Source of the DNA: Octopus vulgaris
Taxonomy: Eukaryota
Direction: 5' to 3'
Assembly: GCA_951406725.2 (NCBI GenBank)
Contig: OX597835.1
Location: 3,410,001 to 3,474,000, forward strand
DNA length: 64,000 nt
The number at the start of each line of letters is the position of its first letter. The first letter of the stretch is position 1. Shown piece by piece: positions 46,284-57,546 of the stretch. The position numbers and the translations under genes were made by a program. The notes under the pieces are model-generated. The model worked only from the letters and a program-made list of their open reading frames with translations. It was not told the DNA's origin and searched no databases.

Positions 46284-49200
46284 ATATATGTTTGTATGTA
46301 TGTATGTATGTATGTGTGTGTATGTGTATGTATGTATGTATGTATGTATGTATATATGTTTGTATGTATGTATGTATGTATGTGTATGTATGTGTGTGTA
46401 TGTGTATGTATGTATGTATGTATGTATGTTTGTATGTATATAGATAAGAAAAGAAATGGAGCAACAGTTAACAATTAGAAGCTGATCATTGGTATCACAA
46501 GGTCAGAGTTTAATTGTAGTTCCAGAACATTTACAGCTGTTTCAGTTTGTTATTTTGAAGTAAATTTGCACTTATCTCATTCCATTTAACAAACATTGTC
46601 AGAATGATTTAGAGTTTATTGAAGGAATATAGATAGGAGAAAAAAGAAAAGAGGAAAAAAGGGAAAATGTTTGTTAAGTCTTTAGGCTTACATTTTTGTG
46701 TCTTTTTAGGTTCCACGTGTGTGTATATTTCTTCAGTTAGATGAATGGAGCAATAATTGGGGGAAATGACTGGTTGACCGGCGGTGTTAGTCGAAAGAGT
46801 TTTACCTGAACATCAATCACATCAATCTTATCAATTAGAGAAGGGCTTGGGAAGATCAAAGGCACAATTTATTCAGTCCTCATCAAAAAGGCTGAAGAAT
46901 AAAAAAAAAAATATATTAAGAAAAAGTCTATATTTGAAAATATGAATAAATGTACAAAAAAGAAAAAAATGTAACAACAACATCAACAACAATGTTATTC
47001 TCTTGTTTTGTCAGCATCCAAGCAACCGAGTGAAGCTGTGGAAGAAACTGCCTTGGAAATTGGTGTCAAAGACGATGGTAAGGAGCAGGAGGAGGAGGAG
47101 GGGGAGGAGGAGAATGTCGAGTCAAAGAGTAGGGTCCATGAAATTGGTCTCGAAGAGCAGCAGCAACAACAACAACAACAGCAACAAGACCTACCACAGC
47201 AGCAGGGACCAGATCTACCACAGCAGCAGCAGTTATTTCATCTGAGTGACCTGAAAGAGGAGACGAATGCCAATATGGAGCAGAATTCAGAGTTACAAAG
47301 GTTAGAATGATGAGAGGGGAAGCACAAATCACATCATCATCATCATCATCATCATCAGTTAGCATCTGCTTTCCATGCCAGCATGGATTAGATGGTTTGT
47401 CTGGAACTGGTAATCCCGAGAGCTGCACCAAGTTCCAGTCTGATTTGGCTTGGTTTCTACAGCTGGATGCCTTTTCTTAATGCCAACCACTCCAAGAGTG
47501 TTATGGGTGCCTTTTTTCATGTCACTGGCATAGGTACTTCTATGCGCCACCAGCATGGGTGCCAGTTATGTGTCACCAACACAGGTGCTGTTATGTGCCA
47601 CTGGCACGGGTGCCAGTTACGAGACACTGGCATCAGCCACAACTACAATTTCATTTGGCTTGATGAGTCTTCTCAAGCGTGGCATATTGCCAAAAGTCTC
47701 AGTCACTTGCCATTGCCTCCATGAGGCCCAACATCCGAAGATCATGCTTCACCACCTCGTCCCATGTCTTCCTGGGTCTACCTCACCAATTATGAAAAAT
47801 AGAAAAAGCAATGATCACAACAAAACCAATACCTGCATCATCATCATCATAGGTGTATACACTTACATAAATCACGTGATCACATGACTGACCAGGTTAT
47901 CAGATGTTGTTACACATCGCTGGTCACAATGTACTTTTGCATTGTTTTAGCCTTCAAATGACACAACCCCGCTGGCTAGGTGAGCAGGACAATAATCCCC
48001 TCTGATCAAAAAGGGAACTGGTGCAATGTGAAGTGAAGTGTTTTGCTCAAGAACACAATGTGCCACCCAGTCTAGGAATCGAACCCACAATCTGGCAATC
48101 ATGAGCGCAGCAGCCTAACCACTAGGCCATGTGCCTTCAGATTTACATAAACATGTTCCTATAAGTGGAAGCAAACACTTCCAAAAGGGCAACAAGTGTG
48201 CATTTTGGTTGTCTGATGATCCTTTCATTTACCATGAATATCTCTCTTGGACCTGTTATGTAGCCAACTGATGAAACACTAACAATATTACCATTATCAT
48301 TAACTAGCAGTATCGCCCGGCGGTGCTCGGGTTTGTAAGGGAAATAACTATATAAACATTTTTAGAGAGTTATAGCCAAAAAATAGCAAAAAATGCATTA
48401 AAAATGGAAAAAAAATTATGGTAAATTTTTTTTTAAATCGTTGACTCATCGTAGACATTTTTAGAGAGTTACTCCCCTTATATAATAGCGAAAAAAATGA
48501 TGGTAAATTATTTTTAAAATCGTACCCAGAAGGGCTCGATATGAATCACAACTATAAGATACCCGCTTTTGGTTACACTGCACCGCAAAATGTGGCAGTA
48601 GTTAGGAATCTAAATCATAGGAGACAGACACACAACTTCACTTTTATATATAAAGATTTGTATTGATTCACCAAGAAGCGATAACTCACAGATCTCTGCA
48701 AATCTGGAGCTGTCTCTAACACTTTAGCACTTAAACTAGTCATGTTCAACCAAAACAATCTACCTGTTTTATGTTTGAACTGGTAGGACTCAGCCTCTCA
48801 CATTTCCCCTACAACCTCATTCTAAAAGTAATTAATCACGTCATTAAAATATCAAAGCTATGGGAAAATGCATAATAAATTCAAAGCAGTTTGAATAGAT
48901 AAGCTTTGGACTTGACAGAGTAAGCTGAATGCTAAAGGGTTAACAGAAATTCTAACTCAGTAATTCTGAACAAGAACTGGCTCAGTTTCTCTTTGGCCAT
49001 CAAACTTACACCAGCATTGAAAAGCAGATATAAAAAGATGATGAGGATATGGAATATAGGATAGGATAGGATATGTCTGTGTGTCTGTCTGCTATGACCG
49101 CCCTGAAGTGGAGAGACCCATGCTAGTCCTACTTCTGCCCAAATGACCCCTCTTACTCATCCTCTTCTGGTAGGGCCCCTCTGCTGGTTCATCTCATACC

Positions 49201-49672
49201 CACAGACAGCTGTTGAAACTGCAATTAAGAAAGTAATGAAGGGATCAGAAATGGTGGGTGATAGGGAACACTTGAGGAGGAAATTGAGCAAATCTTACAA
49301 AGAAAAGTCTTTAGATTCATGTCCAATCCTCTACTCGTATATATTCTCTTTATGTTTATGAATTTGTTTTATTTTATATATTTCTTGTTTTATATATAAT
49401 TTTAGTGAGAATATTCCAAAGAAACACAAGAAAGATATGAAGAAATTTCGAGAATATGAATCAAAAATATTGGCACGTCAAAAGAATGCAAAGATAGAAT
49501 ACATTTTACAGAAGAGGAAGTACGTAACTTCTTGTGCCAACTTGTACAGTGTAGAGTATGTTTTATCTTATTTTATAAGATGGTTTTGTTGCTTCCAGAT
49601 TCTCATGGATCCCCAATTTCACTTCATTTATAGTGCTAAGAGTGACAAAGAAATGCCTGTCCAACTCAGGCA

Positions 49673-49717
<45 letters not shown>

Positions 49718-49899
49718 AATTTATAGGTACAAATTATTAATTTAAATACTTTTTTAAATTTTAACTTTAATTTAAATATTTTAAATTTTGAATTTCATTT
49801 TATATATTTTTCATTAATTAACTTTATTTCTATGTATTGGTTTATGATTTGCACTGTTTGATTTGTCTAATAGTGGTTTTATCTCTAATTTAATATATA

Positions 49900-49934
<35 letters not shown>

Positions 49935-52900
49935 ATATATAAACGGCAGTTTGTCTGTGCGTGTTTCTGTGTGTCTGTTTGCTTGTACCCTCACTCTGAC
50001 CACGGCTTTCAACCGATTCTGATGAAACTTGACACACATAGCCCAATGTCATAATTCAAAACTAACGCAGCGAAAATTTTGAAAAGTTCCCCCAGTTCTG
50101 AAAAAAATCGATAAATTCGATATGGGGTCGAGAATAAAAAAAAACAAACCACAGACTATCTAGGGGACGCAACTCAACCTTTTTTTACTCTCAAAAAAAA
50201 ATTTACCATCATTTTTTTTCCATTTTTTTGCTATTTTTTGGCTATAACTCTCTAAAAATGCTTTATAGTTATTTCCCTTACAAACCTGAGCAACGCCGGG
50301 CGATACTGCTAGTATATATATATATATATATACCTAAAGGTATTTCTGTTCAAAAGACCAATTTATTGGTTCTTGTCAAGCAATGTTTATATCAGGTCTT
50401 TAAGAATGAAATGTTTGATTTTGAACTGAAAGTTTATTTTACTTTATCTCAACAAAAACCAATGCAGTTAATCAAGGTATGCACCTAAATTATTGACACA
50501 ATTTTGCCATTTTATCGGTAGCTTGTTAATGCTGGCAGCAAAGAATTCTGGAGAGCAAGAGGTGATGAAATCATAAAAGGGTGTTTTCGCATCTTCTTCA
50601 GATTTGAAGTTTTTTCCTTGAAAAAAGTTGTCTAATGCCTGGAAAATGTGATGGTCAGTTGGTGCAAGGTCTGGGGAATATGGTGGATGACAGAGTACAT
50701 CCAAGTTTTGTTCCTGTAACTTGCATAGCATTCTTTGTGCAACATGTGGTCGAGCATGGTCTTGCAAGAGAATTGGGATCTTTTCACTTTGACCGGCAGA
50801 TTTTTAAAATAATTTCTTTGTAACTAAACACTTTTAAACTTCGTATACTGGTAGAATGTGTTACATAAAACATCTTTTTCTCTTGGCTTTCTTGAGAAAA
50901 TTCTGTAGTTTGTAAGCTATTTGTTGTTTAATTTCTTGCATTTCGGCAATTTTAACCAATCAATGACGTCTATTGAGGTGAATACAATATCTGCCGTATT
51001 TTGTCAACAACATTTCCTCCTCCTCCTCTAATCATCAATAGTCTGTTGTGGGTTTCAGAGATGAAGACTCACTGAAAAAATTCAGACAGGAGACTAAACT
51101 CAAGCAAAAATTGTTAACAGTTTCCGTGAACGGTAAGTTGAAGATTAAATGAGAAAGGACTTTTTGTTTTTTACTCTAAATTTTTATGATTTATGTTTCT
51201 TTGTTGTTGTTTAGGCCCAGTTTAACCCTTTAACATTTAAACCGGCCATATCCGGCCCAAATGGTCTACCTGTTTCATGTTCAAACTGGCCAGATCCAGT
51301 CTCTCCCACCTACCCTACAATGTCATTCTAAAATTAAATGATTACATCTTCAAAATCTTGAAGCTACAAGATAATACGTAATTAATTTTTTAAAATATGG
51401 ATACACGAACATTACATTTGATAAATTAATCTGAATGCTAAAGGGTTAATCTTGAGCTCAAATTCTATGAAGGTTAACATGGCTTTTCGATGTTCCACTG
51501 CCAATAGATCCAAGTACCAATCTAGAGTGGTCATTTGCTAAAATTGTGAGACCAAAATGCCTTGTGGTGTTTATTCTAATTTTTACATCCTCTGAGCCTA
51601 GGCAGGTGCACGACGAAGTCGTTAGTATCTAATTCATCATCATCATCATCATCATCATCGTTTAACGTCCGCTCTCCATGCTAGCATGGGTTGGACGGTT
51701 TGATCGGGGTCTGGCAAGCCCGAAGGCTGCACCAGGCCAGTCAGATCTGGCAGTGTTTCTACAGCTGGATGCCCTTCCTAACGCCAACCACTCCGAGAGT
51801 GTAGTGGGTGATTTTATGTGCCACCGACACAGGTGCCAGACGAGGCTGGCAGACGGTCACGCTCGGATGGTGTTTTTTATGTGCCACCTACACAGGGGCC
51901 AGACGAGGCTGGCAGACGGCCACGCTCGGATGGTGTTTTTGACAAAAGAAAATTACTTTTGCAGGTTCTTTTGGAAATTCTCATAAAAGAAAAATGGTTT
52001 ATTCCTGACAATCCTGCTTTAAGTTATATAATCCTAAATACAGTATACCAGGACTTCATTATCTCATATGTTTACCATTTTAAAGACATGAGGATGTGAT
52101 CTGAGGGGTGGTTAGGCACTATTTCTAGCTGGTCGAATGACTGCATTGTAGTTTTCTTGTTGCCTTGACACAACACAATTGTTTTTGTTCAGCCCTCAAG
52201 TCAAATGCTTGTTATTCTGTACATCGAAAACTACATTCTAAAACTACTGTGTCTCCTTATTTTTTTGAACATCATGTTGTGATTTCAAAAGGATTTGATA
52301 ATAATAATAATAATAATTATAATAATGAAATTATTGTATACCGTGCTCAGGTGCACCACAACTTGTCAGAAAGTGCGTATAAAGCATATGCAGTAATGTA
52401 CAAATGTCTGGGAAGTGAACAGTGTATGAGTCAGATACATGCCTGCGTGTGTATGGAGGGGAGGAGAAAATCAGGTGTAGTGTTGGCGAATCTCAGGAAG
52501 CATGGAAGTTTTGAAGGATGCAGTGCTTGATTGCTATTTCTGGATATTAGCTACATTTTTAAGTAGACCAGATATGGTTTCAGGGAGAATTAGCTGCTAT
52601 TTCTAGCAGTGACTGTGCAGAAGTTTCCATGACCAAATGATGGTATAATTTTTTTGTAAATTACATTTTCTTTTCTTTTTCTTAGAAATCCCCAACACCA
52701 CAGGTGATGCCCCATTTGGAGTTTATGGGGAATACATGAAAATGATGTCCCGTGAAGAAGCTACTAAGGTAAATAATGTGACAATGTGAGGATCTATCCA
52801 TGATTTTCAAATTTACACCACCAACACCACAGTTCTTCTCTTTATTTCCTTACATGTTTTCTCTCCTTTTTTTCCTAAAAGATTCCTTTTGAAGTAAATG

Positions 52901-53264
52901 CTTCTGAGGCACAAAGCAGTAATTCTCCCTTTGTCCCCATATATGGAATTTGGAACATATGTTCTTTTATCCTTTTACTTGTTTCAGTCATTTGATTATG
53001 GCCAGGTTGGAGCACTTCCTTGAAGGGTTTTAGTTGAAGAAGTTGACCCTAGGACTTACTCTTTGTAAGCGAGCAAGCAAGTGAGCCTGTCTGTGAGTCA
53101 GTGAGTGAGCAAGTCTGTCAGTTTTATTTCAAGATTTCCTGCCAATAGAGAAGGTGCCGGTTTCTAACCTAGATCCAAGTGGTTAAGAGCACGGGCTACT
53201 AACCCCAAGATTCCGAGTTCAATTCCAAGCAGTGACCTGAACAATAACAATAACAATAATAATA

Positions 53265-53297
<33 letters not shown>

Positions 53298-53357
53298 ACA
53301 ATAACAATAATAATAATAACAGTAATAATAATAACAACAATAACAAAAATTAAAATA

Positions 53358-53397
<40 letters not shown>

Positions 53398-53468
53398 CAA
53401 TAACAATAATAATAATAATAATAGTAATAATAGTAATAATAATAACAATAATAACAATAATAATAATA

Positions 53469-53519
<51 letters not shown>

Positions 53520-56500
53520 TCAAAAAATACCTTAGGAATGAGAACCCAGGTTCGAAATTTCCCCAAGACACCTGAAGAAGGCTGGAGGGTATATCAGCCG
53601 AAATGTTGTGTTAACAACAAACAAGATAAGGACAAATGTCCATCGAATGTAAATAATGAACTTTTTTCCTCTACCCAAACGGTTTCCAGTCCTCTGTGTC
53701 ATCTAATTTTTTCTCACCTACAACTTTAATCTTTATGCTTTCCAATGCAGTTCACTGTTCACCAATAAATATACCAAGCCATTCCTGAAAAGTTTAGCCT
53801 GGCCGTCCTGTATACACGCTTCCCCTAACTGGAAAATTTGTTGTTTTATACTGTCTTTATTATAAATCCCTTTTTCTTTGCTCATTATTTTCAGGAACCA
53901 GTATTGACAAAACCACTTCCAAAGCTGGTCCCAATTGAAATTAAAAAGCTGATGTCTAAGGAGAAGTGAGTCATGTGTACATAGATATCACACTGTGTTT
54001 ACGCCCACCACACACACACACACACACACGCACACATGCACACACACATGTGCGCACACACTCACACTCACACACATGTATATCATTATTGTGTTTGTTA
54101 TTACGAGATTCTTGGTATGATATCATGTGCTGAAACAAAAATTGTAATTTGGGAGGTTCATACTGCCAATTAAAACATGCACACTAGCTGTACTTCACTT
54201 TGCTAATTATATCTCCTAGGTAACAAAAGCTATGAGCTTCTAGTGAGTCATCTAGGCATTCAAGAGAGTCTGTTTCCAGGATGTTCCTTGGATGTACTGC
54301 TCCAGTCCATCTATCACATATAGACTTGTTTTCTGCTAGTCTTCTTGTGATTCCATTACATTTCTTTTGTCCATAGCATTGAGTTCAATGTATGGTGTTT
54401 ACACCCACTCCTTTCCTGCATATTCAGTAAGGTCATTTCACTGGAGGTACCAGGGTCCTATCTTTTTACCTACATATCAAAATTTCTATCTTTGTTAAGT
54501 TTACCAGAAGACCTCACGATTCTGCATTTAGCTCTCACGCTCGGAACTTCCTCTATAATTCCTTCCCATAGATTGCCAGTCTTAAATTCCACTGTGATGA
54601 CTTGTAGGACTATGATGGATAGGAGAGGACTGAGGACTGAGCATTGACAGATTCCAACCCTCATGCTAAATTCATCAATAAAGTTGTAGATGAATCTCAC
54701 TTGCTGCATCTTTGTCCACGGCATGTGCAGCAGCTCTCACAAGCCACTCATCAGTGCCTAGTTCTGCTAGTGAGCACCAGTTTACCGTATGTGGTATCCT
54801 GTCAAATGCCTTCACCAAGTCAATGCAAATCAGCGACAATGTATTTTTTCCTGCAGTTGTCTCACTAGAAACATTGCATCTGCAGAACCTCTTCCTGGCA
54901 CAAAACCAAACTGCATTTCATTTAGGTCTACTTTTTCATGGGATCAATCATGCTATGGCTTTCTCTTTGACCTTTGTAGCCCGATCCAGGAGTTTGATTT
55001 CTCTAGTGTTGCTCCCTCTAAGGCATCTCTTTTGCCTTTGTAGTCATCATCATCATCATCATCGTTTAGCGTCCGCTTTCCATGCTAGCATGGGTTGGAC
55101 GGTTCAACTGGGGTCTGGGAAGCCAGAAGGCTGCACCAGGCCCAGTCTGATCTGGCAATGTTTCTATGGCTGGATGCCCTTCCTAACGCCAACCACTCCA
55201 TGAGTGTATTGGGAGCTTTTTACGTGCCACTGGTACAGGTGCCAGACGAGTCTGGCAAACGGCCATGAACGGATGGTGCTTTTTACATGACACCGGCACG
55301 GGGGCCAGGCGAGGCTGGCAACGGCCATGAACGGATGGTGCTTTTTATGTGCCACCGGCACGAGGCCTGTCAGGGCGGCGCTGGCAATGGCCACGTTCAG
55401 ATGGTTCTCTTACGTGCCACCGGCACTGGTAACTCAGCTGCAATTTCCATTGATCGATTTGTAGTAGTTTACAATATTACTGCTTTGCTAGTCATTGAGT
55501 CTTGAGTCTTTCTTGTATAACTTGATTAACTCTCCAGGTAGTGACCATTTACCTTATTATGTCACTGGATACTTTGAGTGCCTCTGCCTCCGTCCCTGTT
55601 GGACTTGCAACTTTCCCTCTGATTGTGTTCTTGACCACCTTACTTACCATGCTGTTGTTAACTTGAATTGCTGATCTCTGAGTAGAGTCAGCATAAGGTA
55701 ATCCCTGTTTATCCTAGGCTTTCTCCCCATTCCACAGCCTCTCACTAAAGGAAACCCACACCACCCTCTCGTCTTCCATATCGATTGGGAGTTTGCCTTC
55801 ATTATACTCATACACTTCTCGCCAATGACATCTGACGCTGTCTTGCGATCCTCAACCCCTCACGCCTCTGATTTTCTTGCTGCAGGACATACACAGGTCT
55901 CTACTTCTCAGTGTGCTTATAGGACTATCGTCTTATGTGATCCTCCTCTCCTTTAATGATAGCAAGGTGTGATACAATAAATGTGACTGATATTTCTAGC
56001 AGGTCAATCAATTGCATAGAGGCTTCTTTAATGGTTTGATTTAAAATTTTGTTATAGTTATTTTCAAAAATGTTCCATCCATGACCATCCCATCTTCTTT
56101 TCAAATGATTTATCGAAGACTCCATTAACCAACATGTCATTTTTTAAAGACAGCAGGATATATCATTAGGAGACATTGACTGCTATTTCTAACAAGTTGA
56201 GCTGTTATCAAGAGGCTTCTTCATTTGGATACTATTGATAATGCTGTTGTTAATGGTGACAGTGATGCTGGTGATGATGATGATGATAAGGAAGCTTAAA
56301 ATTGTTTCTTTATTTTTTTGAGATCGGAGAAGATTTTGGAACTGGAGCAGAAAATTAGGTCCCATTATATCAGGATGCATGAGAGACGTAAAAAGCCAAA
56401 AGGGACGATCGCTGAAGAGGTGGAAGCTACGAAAGAATACATGAATATCGTAAGTGCTTTAATTATCATCGGGGATGTACTCGCATAGCAAGTGATTTGA

Positions 56501-57546
56501 TCTGAGATCGTGTGCTGGAACGAAAGCAATTGCAGCGTGGAAGGTGTTTATAAGCCATTTAAGAAACACACAAAAGCCGTTCGATTCACTTCAACATTTA
56601 AGTTTAATTTGTCAAAATATTTTCTTCGCTTTAAGACCGCGACCTGTTCACTGACAAAAATCCGTGCTGCATCATCGTCATCATTTAATGACCATATTTC
56701 ATACTGGTTTGACAGAATCCAATGAATCCAAGGATTGCTCTGTAGGCCAATGTCTCTTTTGGCATGGTTGGGTTCTATTTCTAATGTCGATCACATTACA
56801 GTTTGCACTGGGTGCTTTTTTTTATATGCCACCTGCACTATTAAGGTTACTATGCAGCTCACAGGACTATGAACCTTAGGGTAGGGTGATATCTTCATTC
56901 TGGGGAACAAGGGGTTAAATTATGAGAAGAGGTGAGGCATCAAAGCAGGTCCTTGTTGCAGGTCAGCATGGCCTCTCGAATTTTGATAGAGGAAGGGGAG
57001 AAAGAAAAGAGAAATGATCAGTAGGGGCTGAGAAGAGATGGTGGCAATGAGGTGCCGAGGTGGCCCCAAAAGGCACAAGGTGAGTAGAAGTGGGTGGCAG
57101 GGTGGGTAGTTTGCAAGATTGTATGGGAGAAGATGAGGGGATGGGGTAGTAGACTAAAATCTAAGAGTGCTGAAGGGTGGACGATCAATAATCCATGAGT
57201 TGAAGAAGAAAGAGGGATGTAGGAAAGAGACTGGATTTGGCTCACACCAAACCTTAGTCCCAATTTATGTTCCCAACACCAGCTGAATGATGACTAAATT
57301 ATTTTACTAAATTCTTTCTTATATTTAAAATAATTGAAAGAGTCACAGAGCATCCCAAAGTAAATACGGTAACGAAAGGGTTAAAATTTGGAGTTTTTAA
57401 AAAATCTCTGCAAACAAATAGAAACAAATTAATTTTTATTATTCCATCTTGTTTCAAAATTTCAGGCAATAAATTTACAGCTTGAACTTGAAGAGCAGCG
57501 CCAGAATCTAGAGTACCGTTTTAAAGCATTCACTGCTGACTCATGA
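41947..57546 (+). CDS. LRRC27: Leucine-rich repeat-containing protein 27-like, spliced gene of 10 coding exons (about 506 aa)
   Basis: Exons 41947-42306, 44228-44420, 44919-45050, 47015-47300, 49406-49519, 51059-51132, 52686-52768, 53895-53965, 56323-56449 and 57466-57546 join with consistent phases (1521 nt). N-terminal LRRs (LDLSSRKL, LYLANNKL, LQWLDLRYNNLTSLP, LLLEGNNIMKLPIELG, LNVRDNPLEMPP) and a charged coiled-coil C-terminus ending LEYRFKAFTADS. The symbol is from recalled similarity. Confidence 0.85.
43414..43979 (+). mobile_element. Internally deleted mariner with intact TIRs and TA TSD
   Basis: TA|TTGGGTTGTTCGGAAAGTTCGTGCCGATTT...AAATTGGCACAAACTTTCCGGACAACCCAA|TA; N-terminal MEDKKVHF joined to C-terminal HPPYSPDIASSD. 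Confidence 0.9.
44228..44420 (+). CDS. LRRC27: LRRC27-like coding exon 2 (LRRs)
   Basis: ttctattccccag|YLYLANNKLCQLP...LQWLDLRYNNLTSLP...LLLEGNNIMKLPIEL; donor G|GTAAGT. Confidence 0.92.
44496..44587 (-). ncRNA. Minimal type-I hammerhead ribozyme motif (Penelope-type), intact core
   Basis: - strand UGCAG-CUGAAGA-U-UGCUCUA..(long loop)..UGGAGUUGCA-U-GAAA-CGAUCG-UA-CUGCA; palindromic stem III; GUA cleavage triplet. Confidence 0.75.
44919..45050 (+). CDS. LRRC27: LRRC27-like coding exon 3
   Basis: tttcaatag|; GYVHTLHGLNVRDNPLEMPPEHIIEQGVEEILRYLREKYQEQTQ (LRR cap); donor G|GTCTGC. Confidence 0.88.
45840..46160 (-). mobile_element. Penelope-like element RT fragment
   Basis: VDKLDVNLNLVTGLYTLYHKPNNNLKYV resembles the PLE RT motif vnFLDvtl...YxKP. 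Confidence 0.65.
46528..46606 (-). ncRNA. Hammerhead ribozyme motif with one core lesion
   Basis: CAUU-CUGACAA-U-GUUUGUUA..UAACAAAC-U-GAAA-CAGCUG-UA-AAUG; CUGACAA is probably CpG-decayed CUGACGA. Confidence 0.65.
47015..47300 (+). CDS. LRRC27: LRRC27-like coding exon 4 (polyE/polyQ low complexity)
   Basis: ttgttttgtcag|; ASKQPSEAVEE...EEEEGEEE...QQQQQQQQQQDLPQQQ...; donor AG|GTTAGA; phases 1/2 fit the neighbouring exons. Confidence 0.8.
48304..48656 (-). mobile_element. Non-autonomous Helitron (inverted relative to 49932-50312)
   Basis: Same 3' hairpin and CTAG end on the - strand; TC start at 48656. Confidence 0.78.
49406..49519 (+). CDS. LRRC27: LRRC27-like coding exon 5
   Basis: aattttag|; SENIPKKHKKDMKKFREYESKILARQKNAKIEYILQKR; donor AA|GTACGT. 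Confidence 0.82.
49932..50312 (+). mobile_element. Non-autonomous Helitron
   Basis: A|TC 5' end, subterminal GC hairpin (cctgagcaacgccggg) and CTAG|T 3' end. Confidence 0.8.
50400..50810 (-). mobile_element. Mariner transposase C-terminal fragment
   Basis: QDHARPH...[16 protein letters not shown]. Confidence 0.85.
51059..51132 (+). CDS. LRRC27: LRRC27-like coding exon 6
   Basis: ggtttcag|; KDEDSLKKFRQETKLKQKLLTVSVN; donor G|GTAAGT. Confidence 0.82.
51226..51445. mobile_element. piggyBac-type MITE (related, more degenerate copy at ~48720-48939)
   Basis: TTAA|CCCTTTAACATT...AATGCTAAAGGG|TTAA. Confidence 0.8.
52686..52768 (+). CDS. LRRC27: LRRC27-like coding exon 7
   Basis: Long polypyrimidine tract + ttag|; EIPNTTGDAPFGVYGEYMKMMSREEATK; donor AAG|GTAAAT. 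Confidence 0.85.
53567..53612 (+). ncRNA. Minimal hammerhead ribozyme motif at the 3' end of a tRNA-headed repeat
   Basis: GACAC-CUGAAGA-A-GGCUG(10 nt)CAGCC-GAAA-UG-UU-GUGUU; stem III AUGU is probably decayed ACGU. Confidence 0.7.
53895..53965 (+). CDS. LRRC27: LRRC27-like coding exon 8
   Basis: attattttcag|; EPVLTKPLPKLVPIEIKKLMSKE; donor AA|GTGAGT. Confidence 0.82.
54260..55800 (-). mobile_element. Degenerate RTE-type LINE remnant interrupted by a SINE
   Basis: - strand VGICQCSVLSPLLSIIVLQ (GVxQGSVLSPLLF-like); many lesions. Confidence 0.6.
56323..56449 (+). CDS. LRRC27: LRRC27-like coding exon 9
   Basis: tttatttttttgag| (GAG acceptor); KSEKILELEQKIRSHYIRMHERRKKPKGTIAEEVEATKEYMNI; donor ATC|GTAAGT. 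Confidence 0.82.
57466..57546 (+). CDS. LRRC27: LRRC27-like terminal coding exon
   Basis: aaatttcag|; AINLQLELEEQRQNLEYRFKAFTADS-TGA; AATAAA near 57686 and 58221. Confidence 0.85.
   Translation, partial: AINLQLELEEQRQNLEYRFKAFTADS

Noticed and set aside
53177-53240. Possible tRNA gene (also the SINE heads at 17681, 33167 and 58280)
   Set aside because: No complete acceptor stem or T-run terminator; these are tRNA-derived repeat heads.
57534-57544. Perfect TGCTGACTCAT (ARE/MARE) motif
   Set aside because: It lies in the last codons of LRRC27, 35 kb from GCLM; plausibly chance.
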